From NCBI RefSeq assembly GCF_032191835.1, contig NC_083230.1:94457001-94490000 (forward strand): a stretch of 33,000 bases of DNA, written 5' to 3'. Below the pieces are notes generated by a model. It saw nothing but the letters and a program-made list of their open reading frames with translations. It was not told the DNA's origin and ran no database searches. The DNA comes from Heteronotia binoei (lineage: Eukaryota). Shown piece by piece: positions 21,627 to 32,258 of this stretch. The position numbers and the translations under genes are program-made. Numbering within the stretch: position 1 is the first letter of the stretch; the number at the start of each line of letters is the position of its first letter.

Positions 21627-21870
21627 GTAATAGAAATCGCACACATCCCCCACCCCTGCTGCCTTCAGTGTTACATAGTCGACATGAAAAACAAATACTC
21701 CTCTGTAACATTTGCACAGAGACTGAAGTATGCTGTGCATAAGTAACATTCAGGAACAACATACTTTCATAAATGGCAAATTAATTGCAGAAATGATCAT
21801 GAGGATGATGAATAGGGATCTCTAACCTTTTAGAATTCTGAGACAGGGCGGTGGACACAATCACCACATG

Positions 21871-22051
21871 CAGGGCTTTTTTTGTGGCAGGAACTCCTTT
21901 GCATATTAGGCCACACCCCTTGGTGTAGCCAATCCTCCAAGAGCTTACAGGACTCTTAGTACAGGGCCTATTGTAAGCTCCAGGAGGATTGGCTACATCA
22001 GCGGTGTATGGCCTAATATGCAAAGGAGTTCTGCTACAAAAAAAAGCCCTG
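21871..22051. mobile_element. Family C palindromic hAT MITE (181 bp)
   Basis: Near-complete fold-back, arms ~80 bp; TIR CAGGGCTTTTTTT / AAAAAAAGCCCTG; TSD ACCACATG (21863-21870) / ACCGCATG (22052-22059). Confidence 0.9.
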
Positions 22052-22460
22052 ACCGCATGCATCTTTAGGAGGTGTAGCCGACCACAAAATGTTAGAGAGC
22101 GAGGTTGCATACAACTCTAATAGTACCTTGTCAACATTTCAGGCCATTAAATAAGCTTTCTTATTTAAAAAAATTCAGGCAGAAGTTCTGTTTAATGGAA
22201 GCTCTGCTTTAATTTGCGCAGCCAAGCCCCAGCGAGCTCCTCCTAATAGCACCTGGTGGGCACCAAAAAAGCAGATGATTTTTGGGGTGCCCCAGGGGCA
22301 TCATGCTGAGGATGCCTGATAAAAATAATAATACTTATTTTTATTATTAAAAATTTGCACTTTGTCTTTCTAAAAAGTCCAGATGGCCTCCAAGGTCAGC
22401 TAAGTAACTGCACCTGAACTTGCATCATTTCCGGAAAGTACATCATCATTTCTGTTTTAC

Positions 22461-22592
22461 CAAGAAGTAACATCATCATGGGGATGTTTTCTTGCTTGAT
22501 CATCTGCTAGTGTCAGATGAGAGAGGATTTGGTCAGGAAGTTTATGGTCAATGACTATGGCATCAGGGAAATGTGCTGGGAAAGCAATGGAA
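22461..22592 (-). CDS. Candidate internal coding exon (unidentified)
   Basis: Minus-strand acceptor tcttctttaatagttctgtgttccag|T, donor TTG|gtaaaa, 132 nt, phase 2-2, open frame SIAFPAHFPDAIVIDHKLPDQILSHLTLADDQARKHPHDDVTS(W). No homolog recognised. Confidence 0.25.
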
Positions 22593-23290
22593 CTGGAACA
22601 CAGAACTATTAAAGAAGAGATGAATGAGGTATTATCCATAGCGAGAACTGAGAAAAGAACAACTTTTATTTGATACCCAAAATGATTATGTCAAAAGCAA
22701 GTGTAGTAATATTAACCATATGGGAACAGATTTAAAAAAATCGGCCTGTATTTTGTTTGCAGATGTATGTATTGGGAAAAGAGAGAGCGAGGAAAAAACC
22801 CAAATGTTCCATATGGTTGGGCCCTTTCTGCCTGCTTAATTTTCAAAATTGCAGAGGAAATACAATTTTTTCAAAAGTTCCTGCTTTCCTGAGGGAAACT
22901 TGAAGGCATTATTTTTATATATCACCAACATGCTGAACCAGTTAGGCACTGTCCACAATATTTTTTCATAAGGACAGTCACATTCTCCTAGTCTTGGGTA
23001 TCTGTGAGGACCTGTGAAAAATTCCATTGCCTGGTTATTTTAGAGCAAGCGCTTGTTCTTCTGGTACACATTAGCCCCAGCTTATAAATCACTAGTCTGT
23101 GCTACGGATGGAGAGGAAATACACCAGTGGCTTGCAGGTGCCTTGTGCAGCCGCCAGCTGCAATTCCTTCCTCTCTCCACTTTACTGGGTGCTGATTATA
23201 AAACCCTTTCTTTGCTCTTCTGGATTTTGTATAAGCACTTAGATGTACGAAGAAACCCAGTCTGCGATCTGAAAGTACTTTTCCCCCCCT

Positions 23291-23480
23291 CCATCAAGTG
23301 GCAGCCAACTTATGGCAACCCTGTAGGGTTCTCAAAGCAGGAGACGTTCAGAGGTGGTTTGCCATTGCCTGCCTCTGTGTAACAACCTGATATTCCTTGG
23401 TAGTCTCCCATAGAAATACTGACCAGGGCAGACCCTGCTTAGCTTCTGAGAACTGACAAGATTGGGCTAAACTGGTCAAG
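23291..23480 (-). mobile_element. 5S-rRNA-derived SINE
   Basis: gtctcccatagaaatactgaccagggcagaccctgcttagcttctgagaactgacaagattggg is antisense 5S; tail ccatcaagtggcagccaacttatggcaacc. Confidence 0.75.
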
Positions 23481-23639
23481 AAATAAGTAGCTACTTAATG
23501 GATATTTAGTCAAAGGTTGAGATGGGAGGAGTTTACAAGACAGGTACCTCCCACCCCCCAAAAAACTCAGCCTGTTGCGTGAGAGGGAACAATGTGTGGT
23601 TGCTTCCCCAGGGCACCAGGGGTGGTAGTGGCAAAACTT

Positions 23640-23947
23640 TAATGCCTAGGGCATCCAAAGTTCTTGAACCAACCCTGTCAGATGTGCAGAGCAGGCAATT
23701 CTCAAAGCACATTTGGAATATTTGTGAGCCCTGGATACTCTTTGGATTTTGTTTTCTCCTCCTAATCTGGGGTAAACTATGTCACATTGTCATAATGCCT
23801 AGGGCATCCAAAGTTCTTGAACCAACCCTGTCAGATGTGCAGAGCAGGCAATTCTCAAAGCACATTTGGAATATTTGTGAGCCCTGGATACTCTTTGGAT
23901 TTTGTTTTCTCCTCCTAATCTGGGGTAAACTATGTCACATTGTCATA
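23640..23947. repeat. Exact 153-bp tandem duplication
   Basis: 23641-23793 identical to 23794-23946; TA microhomology at the junctions. Confidence 0.95.
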
Positions 23948-24471
23948 CTTAGGCAGAGTTGAGAAAACATGCAATTAATGAGTCAGCACATAGTAATAGT
24001 CATTCAGATAGACATGAGATAGCAAAGATAAATCTGAAAAGCAGCGCTTGTAGACTATTATCAAATATGTTCAGCACCTGTAGACTCAGACCCTAAAGGG
24101 GAATGACCTGAATAATCTTTGTGACGTCATCGATCCAGCAATATAATTGCAGCACTTAAGCGAAGCCTAATTATACCGTGCTCACATACGAAGGGTAAAC
24201 ATGGATTCAGACCAATGTGATTGTACCCTGCAAAATACCACAGCTCACATTGTGAGAATCTGAATAAGCTATGGCTGTAAACGGCACCTTATGCAAAAGA
24301 CAAAAGAAGGAAAGATAGTGATAGGTGGCATAACTCCTGCTCTTACTCTAGTTTGCATCTTATTTAAGTATGTACGGCTAGCAAATTGATGCCTTGCGTG
24401 CTAGGTTCTTTGAGCAGTTTCATCGCTTACAAGGCAGCCACTGATTTCAGCAGCAACAACAGTTGAATGAT

Positions 24472-24649
24472 CAGGGCTTTATTTGTAGCAGGAATTCCAT
24501 TACATATTCAGCCACACACCTCTGATGTAGCCAATCCTTCTGGAGCTTACAGGCTCTTACAGGGCCTACTGTAAGTTCTTGGAAGACTGGATACATTAGG
24601 GGTGTGTGGCCTAATATGCAAAGGAGTTCCTGCTACAAAAAAAGCCCTG
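24472..24649. mobile_element. Family C palindromic hAT MITE (178 bp)
   Basis: Same fold-back sequence as 21871-22051; TSD TGAATGAT (24464-24471) / TGAATGAC (24650-24657). Confidence 0.9.
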
Positions 24650-25011
24650 TGAATGACAGACACACATCCTGAACACCCATGTAGCTGGGAGCATAGATCC
24701 CTGATGCATATTCAGTTATGTTTGGCAGACTCATGTATGTCACTAATCTTTATTCTTTTTTAGAATGTTTTAATGCTGCCTTTGCGTCTGAGTTAAGGTC
24801 CCCCAAAGGTGGCAAATGATGAAACTTATGAAAATAAGCTTTAAAAACCACATATTAATAAACCAATTAAAAGCAACAATTAAACAAAACACACAAACCA
24901 TTAAAACATACTAACCATTAAAACATAAATGTGAAGGAGTATAGCATACATGTTTTATGTACTCTTTTCAATATAATGGCTGTATAAAGTATGACACCGT
25001 TCTTTATACTA

Positions 25012-25192
25012 TAGAGTTTTACCGTGAATCCTAGAGTGCCTCTAGTGTGACGTACCCGGCACGATGGCATCTGTTCTGGGTGACATCATTGCGCAGGGCA
25101 CATTGTGCAACTATGGGGCTCTTTGCTCTATGCCCATAGGTTGCCCCCCCATCAGGGGATCCCCTGCCCCCAGTGGGAGCTTGGCAGCCCTA
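25012..25192. mobile_element. Family E-like MITE, right half
   Basis: agagttttacc...tgacatca...ggggctcttt...ggggatcccctgcccccag...ttggcagcccta. Confidence 0.55.
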
Positions 25193-26101
25193 TATCTAGC
25201 CCATAATTTTTATTTTTGATGTGGGTCCCGTCTCTATTGCACATTACAATGTCTGCATGGTGTTCATTATGTGCACAAGCTTGCTGTTCATCACCACACA
25301 TAGGTGAATTTTTCAACTAAGTCTGGCATTTAATTTCTAGAATGCAAAGTACTGGAGCTCAAACTTGCCTAGAATTAATCTCCTTTAACCTCAAAGCATT
25401 TGTCCCCAATCCTAGATGCCTTTGCCTGTCAGTGGGTGTGATTACTCACTGGCAAGGGAAATGTACTCCGCATGTGCTCAGAGGCACCCCCCCCCTTTTA
25501 TATGTCTCTGGTGCTGATAGACTCTGAGGCTGTCTTAGCAAAGCCTGGCAAATGTTAAGTTGTAGATTGTATTGTCATGTGAGTTATCCAGAAAAAAATG
25601 TGCATGCTGGTGTTTGAGAGCCAGTGGTCACAGGAAAAAGAACCCAAACTGCTGGTGTCCTGAATCTAATCAAACATAAAAACTTCACAGAGAGGGAAAT
25701 GCTACCAGAATCATTCCACTCTTTCCCCTGGGCCTGGTGCTGTTAAAAAAATACAGGGATTTCCTTGCTGAATCAAATAAACCTAAATCTAAACCTGAAT
25801 CCATCCTAACATGACATTCCTTTTGCAATAGTGACTAGCTGGATAACTCTGGAAGTTTAGAAGCTGGGTATGGAGGAAACATGCCTGCCTTTATTCCCAT
25901 CTGGAATAACTGGTATTTAGAGGTATGCAGCATATGGACAAGGCTCTACTTAGCTATCGTGGCTTGATGTTCATGATAGTAAAAAGTTAAAATTCATGGG
26001 AAGGTAGACAAAATAAAGAAACTGTTTGAAAGACATGGAACTGACTCTGTACTAAGCATTTATCGAAGTGGGCACTGTATCAGTGCTTCTTAACAATATA
26101 T

Positions 26102-26391
26102 CTGGGGTGGCCAAACTATGGTTTGGGAGCCACATGTGGCTCTCAAAGCCACCACCACTCCATCAGCTGACTTGGAAAAGGCATTTGTCTCTTTAAATCA
26201 CTTCTTCAAGCCAAGCCATCCAGTGGCTTGGAAAATGCATTTTAAGTTACTTTCCTTCCACCTCTCTCTCCCTCCCCATCTATTTTCCGTCCTTCCTTCC
26301 CTCAAATATCTGATGTTCGTGTCTTGTGGCTTTCAAACATCTGATGTTTATTCTACGTGGCTCTTAAGTTAAGCAAGTTTGGCAACCCCTG
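26102..26391. mobile_element. Charlie-like hAT MITE (290 bp)
   Basis: TIRs CTGGGGTGGCCAAACT / AGTTTGGCAACCCCTG (14/16); TSD only partly conserved (CAATATAT / GTGTATAT). Confidence 0.75.
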
Positions 26392-26400
26392 GTGTATATA

Positions 26401-26611
26401 AACACATGAAGCTGCCTTGTACTGAATCAGACTCTTTGTCTGTCACAGTCATTATTTTCTGCTCTGATGGGTAGCGGCCATCCATGTTGTCAGGTGGAGG
26501 CTGTTCACACCTGTTGCTTCCTGTTCCTTTTAAATGGAGATGATGGGGATTGAACCTAGGACCTTCTGCATGCAAAGCAGATGCTCTGTCACTGAGCTGC
26601 AGCCCTTCCCC
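26401..26611 (-). mobile_element. tRNA-Ala(TGC)-derived SINE with L2-type tail
   Basis: Minus strand 26611-26535 reads ...gctcagtgacagagcatctgctttgcatgcagaaggtcctaggttcaatccccatcatctcca (A and B boxes, TGC anticodon loop); tail gattcagtacaaggcagcttcatgtgtt. Confidence 0.78.
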
Positions 26612-27251
26612 TGAATATGGGTTTTCCATCATGGAAATATTTAAACAAATAAATGAAATAATCTTCATATTGATCTACTGAAAGCAGAGAGCATCACCTC
26701 AAATTAAACTTTAATATGCCTTATGGTGAACTCTGATTGAAATTAACTAAGGTGGCTTTGTCAAAAGCAACAACAAAAATCCCACATGCATTTAAATATG
26801 AGCTGGAAAAAAGGTTTGTAACACATTTTGTGAAAGTGTGTAACTTGTTATCTTCTGTTTAAAATATGGATTGATATTAAAAATTTGAGATACAGTGGGT
26901 CATAACAGATGGGTATTTAGAGGCAGGTGGGAGGCATTCCAAATCAAGCCGGCTCAAAAAGAACCATCCCAAACCCTCTACATGCTCCCCTGCAAGTGTC
27001 CCCATCCCGTCCACAGGGCGACACGAGCACAATCAGAAGGCTGTTGCACACCATTCCCATCGCTTGGTTTGGGTCCCCCCCCCCAATAAATTTTAGTGGT
27101 CGTATGCATGCATGTGCACATGCGCTAATGCGTGCACACATGCACTCATGTGCACTGAACAGTTTTTTGTTTTAAAAAGCTAGATGCAGCTTTGGGCGGC
27201 TTGGTGGTTTCACACTGCCAAGGTGCCTTGCTTGTGCCCTTCCACTTTCAG

Positions 27252-27345
27252 ACGCTGAGGAGGCGACTGGCATGCGGCTCAAAAATTTGCTACCACTTTG
27301 AAAGTGGTAGCTTTTCGAGCCGCTCTTAGGACGCCGAAGGACGGG
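27252..27345 (+). other. Exon-like 94-nt segment containing a 50-nt hairpin
   Basis: Acceptor gccttgcttgtgcccttccactttcag|A, donor GGG|gtgagt; stops in all three frames; hairpin 27274-27323. Confidence 0.35.
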
Positions 27346-29442
27346 GTGAGTACAGGATGGAGATGGGCAGCAGATGTTTGTGTTTGGAAGGATTTTTCTA
27401 GTCGATTTCTGAGGTGTCTCTGAGTCAGCCCAAAGTACCGGTCTGTAATCACCCAATCAATCTTCCCTTTCCATATAGAGAGCATGGGCATTGGAAAACC
27501 CAGTCTCCTACCTCCAGCAGGCAACCTCTTACTCTCTACCTGTTGTGCCAGCTGCTACTCACCTGGATGGTGGGAGAAAAATATCTGGCAGCACCAGGCA
27601 GCAAAGTTCATGTTTGGAGGCAAGGCTGTCTGCCTCCTAGTGGTTTCTGGGAGGGAGAGCCCGGAGCCTGCTATAAGATGGCTGCCATAGTGGGTGCCAC
27701 TTATTGCCTCTAGGCTCAAACAGTAAAATATGTAAAGTAAGCACATCAGATTCCTTCATAAGAAGAAAGAGGCTGGGATCAGTTCTCAGGGGTATCTGGA
27801 TAGCCTTTCTAAGTCTGCACTGTGACATTCCTCCACTTGGCAAGCGCAACACGACATCTCTCCCTCAACCAGACAGAGGACAGGCAGCCCCGACTGTTGC
27901 ATTCCACTATACATGCATTTGAGCAGTAATGTCTACTAGACCAAAGAAAAAGGGCAGGCAAATAAGGTTGGCTTTTACTTCTCTGATCAGCTGTGTGAGA
28001 GAAGCTATGGTGAGACTAGCCATAGCCACGGGTACTGAGGGCATTTTGTGCTAGGACTCAGTATCCAAAACAGACCCTGAATCCAGAGAGCTTTTTTAAA
28101 AAGCTGGGCTCCAAGAAAGCCTGCAAGCCAAAAGCAAACTGATTGCCAGCATTGTTCCCTTGTTACCATTTTCAGTCTTTTATCAACAGCTCCTTCTTTA
28201 TTTTTCATTACTGGAGGTATATTGAGGCTTGCAGTCGTGGGGGTGGTTAGAAATGTACATCAGAAAGGTTAATCCTACAAAAAAGGATCGGTGACTCTTT
28301 TCAGTGGGAAGCAGGAGTGGGGGAATCATCTTTGACCGTAGCCAGCTATGATGTTTGCGTCCTAGATGACAACTTGAGTGATATTGCTGCAGTTCTCTGA
28401 GCTCACCATGTGCCTCATGCTAAAATCAGTTGCTGCAACATCATCACCCTGTGGAAAGTCAGGAGAAAAGCAGAGGGAGGGAGGGAAAGAGAGACCTGGA
28501 ATCTGAGTCACGGGAACTTTGGAGGGCTTCCCCCCCCCTTTAAATACATACTGGAAGCCTCAAACATGAGAGGAAATCACATTAAAGCTTAACCGGGAGA
28601 ATGTACACACAGCACAATCCGATCGGGAGTTACAGACATTTCATGTCGCAGGTTAGAGGGATGTTTTATTTTCTCTTGTCTAATAAAGGAGTTTCTTTAA
28701 CAGTGCTCTAGCCGTAAAAACTGGTTTCCTTGTTGGATTTGCATTGCAGGATTCTGGGATGAACTGGTGCTCTCAGTGTCTTGGTGACATGCACATTGGT
28801 AACCCAGAATGTTTTTCCGGATCATTTACTCCAGAGGGGTTTCTGGGGTTCCAGGGATTACGCATTAACCAAAAGGTGTGTATTTGCTTAATGGAGTCTC
28901 TTTTTCCCCTCTGTTTGAAACGGAGGAGGCCAGAGTATATTCAAGGCATGCTTAGAGATGGCATGTGTTCGTCTCATTGGGAGTGTGTGTGAGTGTGTGA
29001 ATGTACATTTATGCATGCGCATCTCGAGCGCATCTAGTTTGGAGGATACTTCAGCTTCTCTGTGTATGCCTTGCTGAGTTTGTGGTGTTTTTGCTGCCAG
29101 GGCGTTTTGTCTAGCCTTGGTTTTGTTTTCTTTCAAAAGTTGGGAGCAAGTCAAGGTTATGTTTGCCCTTAAAATTCCAGAGAGGCAGCCAGCTCTGCAC
29201 ATTGTCCTCTTTTTCCCTGGGGAGGGGAAGAAATTTATTTATTTATATGCTAGGTTAATTGTTTTAAATTATTTAATTTACAGAAATCTAGCATGAATGG
29301 TTTCATTCTTATCTATTTTTAATGAAAGAATATTTTTTCCTGATTTCCTTCCCCTTGCCCTTAGCGCCTTCATGCCGGGTTTATTACTGGAGCCTCTACA
29401 AAATTCCACCACCAGCTTCATCTGGCATTTAGAAGGTACTGC

Positions 29443-29885
29443 TAGGGTTGCCAGTGTCCAGGTGGAGCCTGGAGATCTCCCAAAATTTCAACTCATATCC
29501 AGACTACATATATTTGTTCCCCTGGACAAAATGGAGGCTTTGCAGGGCGGACTCTATTGTAGGGAAGCCAGCCTCCAGGTAGGACCTGGGGACCCCCCCA
29601 GAATTACAGCTCATCTCTAGACTATAGTGATCAGTTCCCCTGGAGAAAATGGATGCTTTGGAGGATGGACTTTATGGCATTATACCCCAAATGAGGCTCC
29701 TGTCCTCCCCATGCTCCGCCCCCAAATCTCCAGGGGTTTCTCAACCTGTATTGGGCAACCCTACCTCCCATCCCCTGCTCATTGGCTGGCAACCTTAACT
29801 CTCTGTTGTTATATCCTACTTATGCCCTTCCCCTTCCTTCCCCAAACCCCAGCATTCCTAGGGTCCACCCCCAAATCTCCAGAAC
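29443..29885 (-). mobile_element. Family B MITE with a second family B copy nested at ~29560-29797
   Basis: Outer starts TAGGGTTGCCA (29443), breaks after ctctattg, and resumes at ctctgttg (29801); inner starts tagggaagcca (29560). TSD-like match is offset by 3 nt. Confidence 0.6.
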
Positions 29886-29960
29886 TCTAATCTGGAGAAC
29901 CATGTAGCCTGCTGGGTGACCTTGGGCTAGTCACAACACTTTCAGAGCTCATTCAGTCCC
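29884..29960 (+). mobile_element. SINE fragment
   Basis: actctaatctggagaacc..gcctgctgggtgaccttgggctagtcaca..cagagctc, shared with the SINE around 31550-32690. Confidence 0.5.
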
Positions 29961-31605
29961 TAAAATCAAGTCTAGCTCACCACTGTACAACGCTAAGAGC
30001 TAAAACTTGTAGCTGCCAGACAATCTAAGGCTCTCTTAGATACAGTGCCATATGATAATTTTAGACACAATGCCGTATGATAATTTTAATTTAATTTTTC
30101 TCCAGGAGTTTCTCAACCCTAGGCGCCTCCCCTACCACATCCAAACTGTATTGACCAGGATGGGAGGGAGAATCACTCGATTTACTGGAAGATGCTGTGA
30201 GGGAAAGATTGTGCCACATGAATGCTCTGTATAACAAGCATCCCAGAAAGTGGGAGCAGGGAGGGGGGATTATGGAAATTGCCACAATGTGTCCCATCTG
30301 CCTGCAAGAATGCCAGGAGGCATGTGTGGCTTTCTGTAGTTGTCTTTAAAAGGGATGAAAATTGAAGACCTAGTGGAGTTTCCAGAGTTGGCCCCAGGCT
30401 GGGCCAGAGAGAGCTTGTGAGAGAAGGTGGCTTGGGTTGGCATGGCGGCATCCCCCTCCCCTCTGAGTTCTGAGGCTATTGTTGACTCAGCTGAGGAAGA
30501 GGTGGGCCATGGCAACCCTCCCTCACGTGCTGTTTAAAGCTCCGGAGTGGATTCAGTTGCGGATTGGGCATGAGACCTGATCCAAATGAATCTCAGGAGA
30601 AACTACAGTATTTACTCCAATTGAAGACTAGTTTTCCCCCCATAGGTATGTCATCAAAAAAAGGGGGGGGATGTGATATATTTGCATAAAAGTTAGAATT
30701 ATCATAATCATCATTATTGTGTATATAACACAAGGGGGGCATCTTTCATTCATCCCTTTTAAAGACACTACACCAAGCCTTTTAAGTAAATATGGGTAGC
30801 ACAAATCATGGGTGGCTTTTTATGTATGTTCTGTCTAGTCATCTCTGGTGGCTCGTAAACCCATTCCCCATCATGGAGTATTGGCTGTCCACACTGTACC
30901 GTCTGCCTCCTCTAGGAGGGCCTCCGTCCGATTCTTTTGGGACACTGAATTTATGAGCTAGAATCACCCCAACTGCTTCCTTTGGTTGCTTCAGAGCCTC
31001 ATTGGGTAACATGTCTTGTGAGTGACTTCGTTAACTGAGTGACATTGCCGGATTGCTCAGGCAAGGCATCTTCCTACTCTCACAGAATCTTTTCCAGGTA
31101 GGAAAGGAACCCTTGCATGTTTGCCATAGAATCTCTCTGTGTTGCAGAGGACTGTGATGAACTTTCTACGAAGTGCTCTTAGATGATGTGGGCGGGTAGC
31201 CTCACTTTTACTTTTGACTCCAGTGCACCTTGATTGTGCGCTTGATTGATCTAAAATTTACCCAGCAGCCACAGGCGAAGGCTGGTTATGATCGCTGTGG
31301 GCTGTGTTTCAGGAAAGCTGGTCTGTCATCATTACTCTTGAAACTAGGCATGACTCTCCTGTTTTTTATATTTTATATTTATTTTTTATCAGCTATTTCT
31401 TTTCCCCACTTTTTGTTGCTGGTCTTGTAAGAGGTTACATAAATTAATTAGCGTTATGTATGCATTTTTGTATAGCTTTTATGCTCCATCGATATGAGAT
31501 CTGTGTGTAGAGTGTACATCAACTTTATAATTTATAACGCTTATTTATGAGAGCCAGAGTGTTGAACTAGACTAGGGAGGCTCGAGTTCTAAATCCTGCT
31601 TGCAG

Positions 31606-32058
31606 TAGGGTTGCCAGGTCCAACTCAAGAAATATCTGACGACTCTGGGAATGGAGCAAGGGTGTGACAAGCATGATTGAACTCCAAAGGGAGTTCTGGC
31701 CATCACATTTAAAGGGACCACATACCTTTTAAATGCCTTTCTCCATTGGAAATATTGAAGGATAGGGACACCTTCTTTTGGGACACATAGAATTGGACCC
31801 CCTGGTCCAATCTTTTTGAAATTTGGGGGTATTTTGAGCAGAGGCACTGGATGCTATACTGACCTCAAAAGCAGCCCCCCCCCGATACCTGTGGATCAAT
31901 TCTCCATTATACCCTATGGGAATTGGTCTCCAAAGGGTATAACGGAGTGCCCTGCAGACATTTCCCTCCTTGCCCCCTGCTTTCTGATAACCCTGAAGTA
32001 GGGGGAGAGCCTCCAAATGGGGGGGATCCCCTGTCCCCAACTGGGATTGGCAACCCTA
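31606..32058. mobile_element. Family A hAT MITE (453 bp)
   Basis: TIRs TAGGGTTGCCA / TGGCAACCCTA; perfect TSD GCTTGCAG (31598-31605, 32059-32066). Confidence 0.95.
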
Positions 32059-32258
32059 GCTTGCAGTGAAGCTCACTGAGTGACCTTAGGCCAGTCATTC
32101 TCTATCAGCCTAACTTTCTAATATTCCCCCCCACAAAAAATGGGAAAATAACCAAAACATATAAAGCAGCCAGATAGAAATCTTCATCATTCTCCTGTGG
32201 CCACATAAGAGAAAGTAATTTAAAAAGTATGATGGGAGTAAGGTTTTATTATGACAAT

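Noticed and set aside
23522-23962. 146-aa ORF with an internal 51-aa repeat
   Set aside because: The repeat is produced by the 153-bp tandem duplication; no protein-family signature.
26535-26611. tRNA-Ala(TGC) gene
   Set aside because: Degenerate stems and direct continuation into a repeated SINE body and tail; it is a SINE head.
30501-30530. RFX X-box-like CCATGGCAAC next to E-box CACGTG
   Set aside because: TGGCAACCCT is also the MITE terminal repeat found throughout the window, so a degraded TIR is as likely as a functional site.
2284-32098. Recurring similar ORFs (e.g. MPLLKIPP.., MDQRVQFYEPQK.., NPRWGQGIP..) as a small gene family
   Set aside because: All map within family A MITE copies, with inconsistent starts, stops and frames; no transposase motifs (DDE, hAT dimerisation domain).
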